The position numbers were made by a program, and so were the translations under genes. A stretch of 64,000 nucleotides of DNA from assembly GCA_000708835.1 (NCBI GenBank), contig DF236984.1, positions 62,001 to 126,000 on the forward strand, in the 5' to 3' direction. Below the pieces are notes generated by a model that was not told the DNA's origin, made no database searches, and saw nothing but the letters and a program-made list of their open reading frames with translations. Shown piece by piece: positions 1-11,462 of this stretch (its first letter is position 1; each line of letters opens with the position of its first letter). Source of the DNA: Klebsormidium nitens (Eukaryota > Plantae > Klebsormidiophyceae).

Positions 1-79
1 ACGGCGAGAGGACTCCATAAGGCATTACAACGTCAGTTATATAAGAAGCTTCCCCCTGGCCTGTTTTCTCAAGTATACT

Positions 80-620
80 TGGAACTGTTCACGGTCAAAG
101 CAACTAGAATTGGAAGAAAACAGAGAATCATTACGCACCCACCTTTACCGCCAGTTTCTGCCCTGCTTTCTCGAGGATAGTCGCAACTTTCTAAGGTCGA
201 AGCAACTAGAAACGGGGAAATTCATTAATCATGAAACGCCCAGCTTTACCGCCCAACATCCTCTCCACCTTAACTCCCGCGTGCTTCGCCCAGCACAATC
301 GCATTTTTTCACGGTCGAAGCAACTAGGAACGGAAGAACACAGTAACCTTCGAACGCCCACTTTTGCCGCCAGTTCCTTTTGTTCTGCCTTCCTCGAGCA
401 TAGTTGCAACTTTCTAAGGTCGAAGCAACTAAGAAGAATAGAGTACAGTACGCATCAAACGCCAAGCCTCCTCTTCCACTTGGCCCCGGCGTGCTTCGCC
501 CAGCACAGTCGCGACTCTTCACGGTCGAAGCAACTAGGAAGAAAACAAAACAGTGATTATCACACGCCCACCTTCACCGCCAGCTTCCGCTTCCCCTTGG
601 CCCCGGCGTGCTTCGCCGAG
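80..620 (-). repeat. Tandem ~105-117 bp degenerate repeats containing copies of the 3' end and donor of exon 881-572
   Basis: The marker (a/c)ggtcgaagcaactag recurs at ~89, 195, 312, 417 and 521. gcgtgcttcgcccagcac recurs at ~279 and ~489 and matches the exon sequence gcgtgcttcgccgagc at ~606. Confidence 0.85.
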
Positions 621-3600
621 CGCTCCTTCAGCACCTTTTGCGCCAACGCGAGCACCAACGGCGCCTCGCCGATAATAGTGCCCGGGGCGGCCATCTCCGT
701 AACCAGCGCCTTATCTGACTGGTCGCCCCGATCGAGGTCCACCGCCCAGTTGTAGGCAGGCAACCGACGGAGGTACCGCTGGTCGGGGCGCTTGGAGCTG
801 GCGATTTGGGACAGCTGGCGCGCGTCCGCGTCTTTTGGGTCGTGGGGGGTGTCTTCATCTGACGGTTCCTCGTCACTCACTCTGAAGAAGAGGGAAGAAT
901 GCCCAATTGTCTGAGATTGGGGGTGACGCTGTCAGTTCAGAACATACCAGTGTATCTGGGTTCTGATAACTTTGGCGTGCGTTTGCGGTTTTGGGTCGCG
1001 GGGGGGGTCTTCGCCAGCAGTTGGGTCACTCGCTCGTCGCTCACTCTCTGAAGTAACGGAAGGAATGAAATACTTCCTGTGAAATCGGGGTTTGGCAAAA
1101 AAGACCGACGATTTACAGGGTTTCTAGCTTCTTTATAGCTGGTCAACAAGGACAGCTGGCGCGCGTCAGCGTCTTTTGGATCGCTTGAGGTGTCGTTTTC
1201 TGAAGTTGGGTCCTCGCCACTCACTCTGAAAAAGACAAAGAAGAGAAGGATCTGGGTTTGACAACAGTTACCAACGATTAACAGGGTTTCAAGGTTCTGC
1301 TAGTTAATCAAACAGGATCTGGCAAGCGTCGGCGCCTTTTGGTATGTCTTCAATTGAAGTTGCATTCTCGTCACTCATTCTAGAGAGTCGAAGGATTTCC
1401 TAAGTGTCGGGGTTGACTTCATACATCACTTCCTTCTGAGGTTTCTAGGTCTGTTACTTGGCCAGCCGGGCCAGCTGGCGAGCGGCCGCGTCTTTTGGTC
1501 GGGGTTGGTGTCTTCGTCCGGGAGTCCCTGTCAATCAGCGATTACAGGAATTGATAACAGACCTTCAAATTCTCCCAAACTTTTCCAAAAACCCCTGCTT
1601 ACCCAGCCGTGGTGATGTCAAGATCGTTCAAGGCCACCGAGCGCGACACCGCCAGCTGGCCGGCGCGCAAAATCCACAGCTGTCGCACGGTCTCGCCTTC
1701 CCGCGTCAGGGTTTCACGCTGGGGGTGCACCTGCGTTAAATCCAAAAACGAAATGCAGTGAGTCGAGGCCCAAAACAGTAGGAATGAAGATAAAAAGTGA
1801 CGTAAGGAAGCAGATTAACGCAGGCCCTGCATTCAAGTAATGCAAGCCAGTACCCCGGCGACAAAGGAACATTCGTCTTGCTTCAGCGGCAGGTTTCGGT
1901 AAGAAACGCCTTTGACGATGTATGCTTTTGCTCCAGTCACCGCGATCAGAATACTCCGATCAGAATGCGAAACGAAAGAAGAGCAAAACGTTAAAACGGC
2001 AGAGTCGCCGGATCAAAATGTGGCGGGAAGTCCAATAGAAGGACAGATGGAGGAGCGAAGCGCGAAAGAAAGGCCTAACGACCGCCGGAGAAGCAGAGGC
2101 AAAAGCAGACCTAAGCAGAATCTAAAAGCACGTGGTTTAAGGCTAAGCTGCGGTCTGCACTTGGCGCGAAGCAGCCACAGAAAGCCTTGCTCAAGCTTGT
2201 AAGCGGTTGTGTTGATGACCGAAGAACGAAAGAGAAGGGTGAAGTAGAAAAACAAGGCCTCGGAAAGCAGAAAAAGCAGAGAGAGAAGCAGAGTCGAGAA
2301 GCACGTGACAACTACGGCTCTGGAGTTTCCACTTAAAGGGAGCAGCCTTAGCGAGCCGTGCTTGTGCGTTAAAGGATTGTGAATATTGTCGAAGAACGGA
2401 AGAAGAAAGTTGAAACAAGTCCAAAAGAAGGCCGAGAAAGGAACAGGGAAACAGCATTAGACGGATAGGTCCAAGCCGCAGATTGAAGGAGATCAATATT
2501 ACCTTCTGACCTGCACTTCGCATTCGGCAAGGAGGAGCCCAAGAAAACCGTGCTTGTCCAGTCAAAGGCTGTGAAGACCAAAGGACAACGGAGGAAAGAA
2601 AAGAATCCAGGGCCGTCCATTGAGCGGCTACACAAAGCCGGAAGCACCGCGGAAGAAGCACGTGAAATATGGCTGACCTGCATTTTGCACTTGGCGAGAA
2701 GCAGTGCTAGGAAGCCGTGCTTGTGCGGCAGAAGCGCGCTGGACGGGATGGTCTTGCGCCACCAATGAATCAGCATCTCGCTTCGCAGTTCGTCCTGCGA
2801 AGGGCGAAAGAAACGGTGTCCCAGTCGGCAAAAGCTGGCGTCTGACTAGAGTGGATCCGCTGAAATCAACAAACCCTGTGAAAATCTTGAGCGGAAAGTT
2901 TCACATCCAGGAAAGCTGGCAGTACTCCTGCTGATCCTGAACGACCAGTTCGTCATGTCTTTGATCAGCTCGACTTCGCTGGACTCGATGATCTGCGAGC
3001 TCCACTGGCGCGACAGGTGGACCAACAGAAGTGACTCAGCGGCTTCCGAAACCCGAAAAAGGGAACTAGAATCGGGTTAAAGATTCAGAATTAGAAGGGG
3101 TTTAACTTACCGTCATGTCTTTGATCAGCTCGACTTCGCTGAACTCGATGATCTGCGAGCTCCACTGGCGCGACAGGTGGACCATCAGGCGCGTGGAGAG
3201 CCACTCGGGGAGCTGCTCCCGCGCGACGTACGTGTGCAACGTGGCGAAGCGCTCCCGGAGGGCGTATCGACGGTCCCTAGAGAACTTTGGATGGACTTTC
3301 AGTTTTTCAGAAAGTAGGGTTAAATATTTCAGGTGGACAGCAATTGTAGGCGGTCCCTGGAGAAAGGTTTCAAGGTTACCCGGATCGAGAAAAGAATGGA
3401 TCGAGAAACTGATTTTTGAGGGCGGACCATCAGCGCCCGCTGCATGACAACCATTGCCCGTAAGCTGTCGCAACGATCAGAGCCCACGGTGAGGGATCCA
3501 AAAACACCTCCAGAGGTGCTGACAGGAAGCGGCTCCAAATGACGCGCTCAGAAGATGGTGACGGGTTCCGCCAACGGTGTGCCACAAGGAGCGCCCCAAC

Positions 3601-6600
3601 AATTCTGAGAGATCTGATTAAAATGCTGGACACGTGTCAGCCGCTGCCAACTTCTAGGATGGACAGCGGCGTAAATGCGCGAGGGGTTTGTGCCCAGGAT
3701 GCATGCAAGAATCTTCACTTTAGCAATAGTAAGCTTCAGCAATAGTAAGATAAACAGCCTGGGACGGGTAGGGTTAGATTGGGGGTTAGGGTGGGTTCGG
3801 GTGCGGGGCGGGTGATTCTGTGGGTTGGGTATTTGATTTTAGTGCAGGAGCTTACTAAAGCTAGAGCTTACTTTTGCTATAATTAGAGACATGATGCATG
3901 CCGTGAGCAGCGTCCCAAAACAAAAGAAGAATAAGAATCCTGGTGGACACGTGTCAGCAGCTCCTCAACTCTCGAAGACGATGATTGAGGACAAGTTTGC
4001 CCACAATCTGGACTAGAGGCAGACTCCCAAAGAAGCAACAGATGAGGCGATCATTTCTAGACACGTGTCACCGGCTCCTCACCTTTCGATGACGATGAGC
4101 GACGACAGTCTGTCCAGATTGAGGTATAAGCACAGACCCAAAGAAGCAAATAGAGGAAACCATGATTGCTGGACACGTGTCAGGCGCTGCTCACCTCTTC
4201 ATGATGATGATCGATGAGATTTTGCCCACGATATATGCCATGAGCAGCGCCCCAAAGAGATCCGCCACCGTCATGAACGCGCGGTCCGGAATGGTGATTC
4301 CCGCATGGATGTCGCCATACCCGACCTGGAAGAACCGAGGTACCGTCTCAGCATACCGGCCTCATCTGCTGAAAAAAGCGGGACTGAAAACCGGGACTGC
4401 CATACGCGATCGGCAGGAACACCTTGAAAAGGTCGACCGTCCTACACTCGCGAATGGAATTCACGACCATTCGGTCCAATTGCGAAATGTCACTGCCAGC
4501 CAAAGCAGCCGCTCTAACCCCTTGAGCTATTCTCGAAGCTAAACCAACCTGCAAAAATCACAACGGCCGTTCGGCTCACGGAGAGAACATGATCCGGGGT
4601 TTGCATCATCCTTCAGAAGGGCTTCTCTTGGGCTTGAAAGATCCTGCGACAATGATTCCATCCAACGTCTTCCGCCAATCTGCTCCTGCTTCGGACACTT
4701 GCAGAACGAATCGTGGCGTATGTTCCTCGCTTTCCGTAGATCGGACGTTGCTGAGGTAGCAACAAGCTTTCGTAGCAACCACAGGATGTAAACAAGGCTT
4801 CTCCGTGCACTTGCAGTCCAGTGCTCGTCTTCACGTTGCCTGATCGACTTGACCCATTTGGCCAAAGCTCTCGAACTGTCCGTCACGCCAATGAAAACCC
4901 TGCTCAGCTGAGGCGACAATTTTCAGCAGAGAGGGACTAGACGTCAACGGGAGCATAAGCCGGGCAGATAGCGCACCAGAGCCAACGGACACGTGACGAA
5001 ATGCGGACCGTTTTCGGGCGAATCAAGCGATGCTTCAGAACGGACTGTTGCTACGGGCAGATAACTTACCGTCGCCAACGATATCATTTGGAAGTACATG
5101 GACGCTATGTACACGTCAATCTCAGGAGCGTCCGAAAGAGTTCCAGACTCTCCGTGGTCGTCGTAATGGCTTTGATCCAACCACCGCTGCGGATCGCTCT
5201 GCAGCTTGCCGACCGCAACGAAGAGGCAGGCGCAGAGGTGGGAAAAGTAGAGGGTCTGCAAAACCGGAAAATGGAGTTCAATGAAAACAGTTTCAATATG
5301 TTCGAGGAAAAATATTAGGAGAAACGGTGTCTCTGGGGCCGTCGTAACGGGTTTGATCCAACCACCGCTGCGGATCGCTCTGAGCTTGCCGACCGCAATG
5401 AAGAGGCACGCGCAAAGGTGCGAGTAGGAGAGGTCTGCAAAAGTGAGGAGTCAGGGTTGGATGAAAGAAGAAGTGGGTTTGGCAGAGCTTGTTCAATAAG
5501 ACGGCAGCAATCGGTCGATCGTTCTAGTATGTTGGCACTAACCACCGCTGCAGGTGTTTGCTGTAGCTTGCCTACCGCAACAAAGAGGCGCACGCGAAAC
5601 TGCGAAAAGTAGAGGGTCTGCAAAACGAGGAGTCAGGGTTGATCAAAAGAAGAGGTTGAATTCGGCAAAGCTTGTTTGAAAGGACGGCAGCTAATGGTCG
5701 ATCGTCTTGATGTAATCTGCTCTGCCGTCGCTGCGGGTCTTGCTGAAGCTTGCCTACCGCGACAAAGGAGCACGCGCAAAGATGCGAAATGTAGAGGGTC
5801 TGCGAAAAATTGAGAAAATTGAGAAATCAGGGTTGAATGAAGGGAGAAGTGGAATTCGGCAGAGCTTCTTTAAGATGACGGCAGTGTTTGGCTGATTGTT
5901 GTAGTGTGGTTTTTACCAGCCCCCGATGCAGGTCGCGTTGAAGCTTGCCAACCGGAACAACATGTGCAAAGTTTGTAAATAGTAAAGGGTTTGCAAGACC
6001 AGAAAAGTCGGACGTTGACCTTATGAGAGGAGAATTGAGTCTGTATTGGACGGGGTTCTGTACGGATGCTTATCTAGCGACACCTATCAATGCTTGGCAA
6101 GTCCGACTAGGTCGGAGGATTCGTTGTGTGTCGGATGCAACTCTGTACGGATCCCCATTCAGCGACACCTATCAAGTCCAACTAGATCGGAAAATCCAAG
6201 TGGACCCACCAGAAATAGGAGAAGGCAGATGTCAATAAAGTCGCGCTGGATTTAAATTAGCAAATCCTACCAGAGCTTGGCAACTCCAACTAGGTTGAGA
6301 TATACCACGCTGACTCTTACCAGAACAAAAAGGAGGCAGATGTCGATGGAGTCGCGCTGGCGACTCTGATCAACGCTTAGCGAGTCCAACTGAGTCGAGA
6401 AATTTCAGGCGGACTCTTACCAGAAAGAAGAGGAGGCAGATGTCGATGAACTCGCGCTGGCCTGCGGACCACGTCTCGCGCAGCTCGGAGCGCACGATGC
6501 TCAGCCGGTGGATGCGCAGGATCTTGAGGGCCCGAAGGACCTGCGCGGAGAGCAACGACGTCGGGTTGAACAATCGTGTATACGGTAATAATTAAGATTT

Positions 6601-9600
6601 TCGAAGATGTCAGTATACAAACACTCCACCATCTCTGGTCAAGAGGTCATTAGCCACAGAGAATAAGTTGGATGCGCAGGATCTTGAGAGACCGGAGAAC
6701 CTGCGCGGAACGAGGCATGACCTCAGGTTAGATCATCGTGTATACGGTAATATTTACGATTTTCGTAGATGTCAGTATACAAACACTCCACCATCCCTAA
6801 TCAAGAGGTCATTAGCTACAGAGAATAAGGTGGTCAGCCGGTGGATGCGCAAAATCTTGAGGGACCGGAGAACCTGCGCGGAGAGGCATGACCTCGGGTT
6901 AGACGATTGTGTACCGTACTGCCAAGGAGATACAGCTGAAAGTAGATACTTTGGGGTCAATGTAAAAAACTTGACAATATAACGGGAACCTAAGGGTGAA
7001 AAAGCGAAGTGAAGAACCTACAAGAAAAAAGGCGTCAACTTGCTGAATACCAGGCAAGAAAAGCAGAGTTGCAATTTGTGCAAAATCCAAATGAAAGATC
7101 CACATCCCAAAGTGACACCTAAAACCTTTCGATTTTACGTACTCGCACAAGAAAGTGGTGAATTTCGTTAGCCGTACAATATACGATTCTATCGACGATG
7201 ATCGTACATTTCCGCATACGAACACTCTTGGGGGGCAGGTAGTTGACGATGAATGAGGCGATTGCCAAGCGGTGGATGCGCCAATTCGAAACAAGGGCCC
7301 CCTGCTCGGACCCGAATTGACGGACGCTAGCTCCTTGACTAAGCCCCATCTTAGCGGGTTGTTGACTGGTGAAATCAATCAGTCTGGACGAAAAGATGAG
7401 TCCTAAATGGACAGAGGACACGGAAAAAGATAGATCTGTATGGAGTGACCAATCCTGATTGCGAGGTGATTAGCAACAAGGAATAAGGTGGTCAGCCGGT
7501 GAATCAGCAAAATATCTAGGGGACCGGAGGATCTGCGCGGGGGGTTGGCTCGAGTCAGGATCATATGGCTCGTGCGGGCATGAGAAGAGATAAACGAGCT
7601 GTACAGAGGTCTTTTTGATATTTCTGAACGGTCGCTTTTTACCTGATCGATTAGCAGAGATGAGAGAAGACAAACGAAGGAAAGCATCAGTGTAACTTCG
7701 ACATTGGTACTACTGAGAATCAGAGAAGAAACACAAAGAAGGTTATTGGAGAACAACAATTTCTGTACTTCATAAAAGTAAGACACTCATAACTATCAAG
7801 CAGATCTGCATCCGATGAGAAAGAAGGTAAAGAACCATTTTTTGGGAGGTTCGGAGTTGTCTTTGTGAAAGATTGAGATAGACCAACCCGGCAGACAAAG
7901 GCGATGGGTTAGCTGCTAACCTGGAGCACCCAGTAGCGCCTGCTGACCGATGGCGCAAACAGCAGAAAGTCCCACGGGAAGGACGAGAGGAAGTCGATGG
8001 TAAACCAGCCCTTTACGTAGCGGCGGGCGATGGCACGTGGCTCCATCACGATCTTGGCGGGCATGAGGATGCGCAGGCCGTCTTTCACCTCGCGCTTGCC
8101 CTTCAGAACAAACCCTGCATTAGGAGCGCGGAGGAATGTCAAACATGAGATACCAGACCGCTACGAATTCCGACCGTAAAAGCAGGTGTTCGGGTACGTG
8201 GCTCCGTCAGGATCTTGGCAGGCTCGAGGGTGCACAGGCCGCTTTTCACCTCGCGCTTTCCCTGGATCCTGCAGTCACCGCATCAAAGACGCTCTCTGGG
8301 GTGCGAAGAATCAAGGCCTATAGGGCGTGTGGCTCCATCGGGTTCTTGGCAGGCTTGAGGATGCGCATGCCATCTTTCACCTCGCGCTTGCACTTTAGTA
8401 CAAAAACTGCATACGGTACACAACCTTAGGACAAGCAATCTTAGCATCTTAGCAATCTTAGGACATGTATGTTTGAAACGCCACGATGACAACTTATGGA
8501 CAGCTGTCTGAGCACAAGGCAAGCGAGCATGGCAAGTACAATTAGACGCGTGCCAAACGAAGCTGAACAAGAAGCACCCGGACGAAGAATTCAAGACGTG
8601 TTCTGTCCAGTCACATTAGACAACAGCCCGCGAACAAGACGCATTTTGACACCGAGGAAAAAAGAATGGAAGGAAGGAGGACACATCGACGGAGGCTGCC
8701 GTCTTTCTAGCAGAGGGTTTTGAGTGATTGGGCAAATGCATACCTGTCCGAAAGTTAACAAGGACGTCCAAGAGAAAGATGACGGTCACGATGCTGTCCG
8801 CAATCAACCAGTAGCCCTTCACGTGCACGTTGAAGCAGAACTCGTAGGGTAACACAATCTGCATGGAGAAAGAAGTAAAAAAGCTAGATTCTTTGTGGCA
8901 GAAAGACCTGTAAACGCCGATACCATGAACATTTCGATAAAGCTCTCAAACTGCCTTCGCTTTGACGATCAGAGTGGGGCGTTCTTTCCACTGGAAACAA
9001 GTTGACAACGTCAAGTACACCGATCATGTGTGAAGCTGTCCTTGTCATTCGCTGCAAATGCAACAACCTTCAGAGAGAGCGGCAAGTTAATGGTCTCCAT
9101 GACATGGACTAAACACCGTTTTCGAAGGGCTATCGCTTGCAAATTCCAAGTCCCTCATATTTCAGGCTCCTTCCGGATCTATATCAACGGTCCGTCTGAT
9201 CCTTGTTTATCAATTTCTTTTCAGCTCTTTCAACGATGCACTGTACTTTTCTTCTTCCTGGCCGGAACAACGACTTCGCTTTATGGTGGGTTTTTGTACA
9301 CATAAATCAGTTCTAAACCCCTCACCGCAACATACAGCAGGCAGACTGCGACCAGCACGTTCACATCACGCCGGGCCCTCGAGTACGGGTGAATCAACGG
9401 CAACAACACCCCCTGTGGGGATTTCTCAGTCGACCTTCCATAATGGCTGTGCGAGTCCCCCGCTCCAGAGGACGACCCCGTCTTTCCAGAATGTATCGAA
9501 CTTTGGTCTTCGGAGCGCGACATCCGCGTCAGCTCAGAGAGGGGCTTCCCGTAGAACTCGCGCTGCCAGCCCTCGCTCAAGGTACTGACTCGAGAGGCCG

Positions 9601-10953
9601 TATCCTGGGCGAGAGGGTTGTCCTCCTGCAAATAGCCGATGGAATCTGCACTGGAACTCACGAGTGGCTTGACAGTAGAGTGACTTTAGATTCCTGGGCC
9701 CCCCAATCGAAAATCTTCAATCAGTCCGATAACGTGCTCCACATCCCCACCCACCCTTAACCACCAGCCTAACCCCCAACCGTCTTTGAGGCGCCTATCA
9801 TAAGCAGTCAACTGTTGAGGCACTCAAGACATAGTAGATTGAACGTTCCTCTGTTGCTTGGATCTCCTATCTTATTCACTCTGGAGACTTTCTTTGCCAT
9901 GCATCAAGAAGGGAAGCAATGGGGGGAGTTACCAGAACTCCCAGAATCAGCAAGCTTGTGCCTTGCTAGATCTTTGGAAGGTGTTCTTTGAACATCAGAA
10001 GGTGGTGCACCTCCAGGAGATCAACAATTCTGGTGATCAACAATTCTCAAAATTAGACATAGAATCTCTCACCGCAATCTCGTCTGGCACTGTAAAGCAT
10101 TGACCGTTCTCTGTCGCAGGACTTGCAATCAAACAGCGTCATTCCCTTTCATATCGACTGCCCCTTTTGTGAGATGGTCAAAAAGAGACCACTTTTGCCC
10201 CCCTTCAACCAGGCACAGAAGCGCAAAATACTCAAGAGCGATTGAAGCATGAATGCGCACCTGCCCTGCCATGTTCCCCTTAGTCAGAGACCTCCGACTG
10301 ACGCTATGAGTGGTATACCTCCTCATCACATGGGCCGACCGTTGCACAATTGCGTTCGTCCTGACAAGGCGCCTTCTTGAGGACCTGCCGTGTGATCGTT
10401 CCAACTCATCATTGTCCTCCTGCCGCAAGCTCCCCCCCTCCTGGCTCTCCCTGAACAGGCGCGAGCCATGCAGACTGTCGTCCGAGAATCGGCTGAGCCT
10501 TCGGACAGCAGGATTCGAGGGCGTTGCCCCGTCAGCATTTGGTCTAGGACTTCTGCTGGAGGCATCTCCTCCCTCCTCATCTGACTCGGGCTCCCGTCCA
10601 CTCCTTCTGAAGAAATTGGCGACTTTTGCCAGGTTCTTCCGAATCTTCTCCCTTACGACAGGCTTTTGAGCGCCATCTTCAATCCCAATTGGGTCGATTT
10701 GCTCGCCAGCTTGCCCGGTCTCCTCATGAACCGGGTGTAGCTGCGAATCCTCGTGTATGGTGTGCGGTTGGGCATCCCGTTCGAACCGGCTCGACTGCCT
10801 CAAATCAGGGGCGCTGTGGCTGCTATGCAACTGAGGCCCACCCTCGTTCGCTCTCCCCTTGGACATGGCGGCTCTACTCAGACCTTCCTGACCATCTGCA
10901 GAAGCCTTGTCTAGCGACGCCCTGGCCCGGCCCGCACTTTCTATCGTATGCAT
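572..10953 (-). CDS. Voltage-gated K+ channel with cyclic-nucleotide-binding homology domain (Shaker/EAG-like 6TM-CNBD), multi-exon, 3' end probably outside the window
   Basis: Phase-consistent GT-AG exons in transcript order: 10953-10261, 9625-9326, 8858-8744, 8114-7921, 6540-6421, 5255-5070, 4325-4195, 3276-3111, 2794-2678, 1730-1603, 881-572. The joined protein has S1 (RRDVNVLVAVCLLYVAIVLPYEFCF), S2 (IFLLDVLVNFRTG), S3 (RRYVKGWFTIDFLSSFPWD), S4 (VLRALKILRIHRL), S5 (TLYFSHLCACLFVAVG) and pore helix/filter (YIASMYFQMISLAT|VGYGD). S6, a C-linker and CNBD strands (TREGETVRQLWILRAGQL ... GTIIGE) follow. Confidence 0.92.
960..1530 (-). repeat. Degenerate intronic copies of the acceptor and 5' end of exon 881-572
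   Basis: gacagctggcgcgcgtc.gcgtctttttgg ... cactcactctgaa at 1150-1230 matches exon 810-887. Weaker copies lie at ~1321-1385 and ~1472-1530. Confidence 0.8.
2040..3030 (-). repeat. Intronic copies of the 3' ends of exons 2794-2678 and 3276-3111
   Basis: Copies of gcacttggcgagaagcag...gccgtgcttgtgc lie at ~2155, ~2325 and ~2505. Segment 2951-3028 matches exon sequence 3111-3188 at 76 of 78 nt. Confidence 0.85.
3600..4194 (-). repeat. Intronic copies of the donor and 3' end of the pore/S6 exon 4325-4195
   Basis: g(g/a)cacgtgtca recurs at ~3628, ~3945, ~4059 and ~4171. The ~3945 and ~4059 copies are followed by ctca(c/a)ct.tc.a.gacgatga, echoing the real ctcacctcttcatgatgatga junction; the ~3628 copy is more decayed. 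Confidence 0.8.
5330..6000 (-). repeat. Four progressively degenerate copies of the acceptor and 5' part of the S5 exon 5255-5070
   Basis: agcttgcc(g/t)accgcaa...agagggtctgcaaaa units lie at ~5340-5440, ~5540-5625, ~5725-5810 and ~5925-5995. Confidence 0.88.
6200..7560 (-). repeat. Copies of the tail (6220-6365) and head (6670-6710, 6832-6885, 7490-7550) of the S4 exon 6540-6421
   Basis: gaggcagatgtc.at..agtcgcgctgg occurs twice on the downstream side. ggatgcgca..atcttgag.gaccggagaacctgcgcgg occurs three times on the upstream side. Confidence 0.88.
8200..8415 (-). repeat. Two intronic copies of the 5' part of exon 8114-7921
   Basis: tcttggcaggct.gagg.tgc...c.tttcacctcgcgctt occurs at ~8214-8260 and ~8343-8390. 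The latter reads FVLKCKREVKDGMRILKPAKNPMEP against the exon's FVLKGKREVKDGLRILMPAKIVMEP. Confidence 0.85.
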
Positions 10954-11462
10954 ATCTACTTACATCAGCTTGTCACAAGAATCCCTGCTAGCACAATAAG
11001 CACTTGCTGACTCGGTCGCGGGATTTGAAAGCTGAGCAGGAAGGTGGAACCTTGCCTGCTGGCGCCCAGGAACCCATGGATGTGCTGTGCAAGCTGCCAT
11101 GATTCATTGATTGTTGAATTTGTTCTTTCCCAAAGAAGCCAGAAAATTTAGAAAGATTCCAAGTACAATTTGATCAGGCTCAGCAAAGAGCGCGCGTAAG
11201 ATTCGCTGGTGAGTTGTCAATGAGGGGGGTGTTAAATGTGTTCATTGAAGCGTACTGGGGGGTCACAGCTGCTTGTTGGAGGGCGAGCTAAGCTAACCCC
11301 TCCGGTGAGCTTCTAGTGAATCAGCTCCCCCACCAAAAAGAAAGCCCTCTTGCACATACTCTTGCAGCGTGCGCGCGCACATTCAATCTCCTCCTACGCT
11401 GTGAATCAGGCAAATGAGCACTGCCACAAGTGCATGCATTGCGAGCAAAGAAGAAGGGCGCC
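10954..11462. promoter_or_regulatory. Short divergent intergenic region, probably a bidirectional promoter with 5' UTRs
   Basis: The K+ channel ATG (10953, minus) and the PTEN2 ATG (11463, plus) face away from each other 509 bp apart. No core elements were mapped. Confidence 0.45.

Noticed and set aside
37-60. Possible terminal exon cag|GCC AGG GGG AAG CTT CTT ATA TAA (ARGKLLI*) of the K+ channel
   Set aside because: It would truncate the CNBD and has a poor pyrimidine tract. It may be an echo of a real exon lying left of the window, so it was not included in the gene model.
80-620. CRISPR-like look of the regularly spaced ggtcgaagcaactag motif
   Set aside because: The 'spacers' are homologous to each other and to the adjacent exon, the context is a eukaryotic intron, and no cas genes are present.
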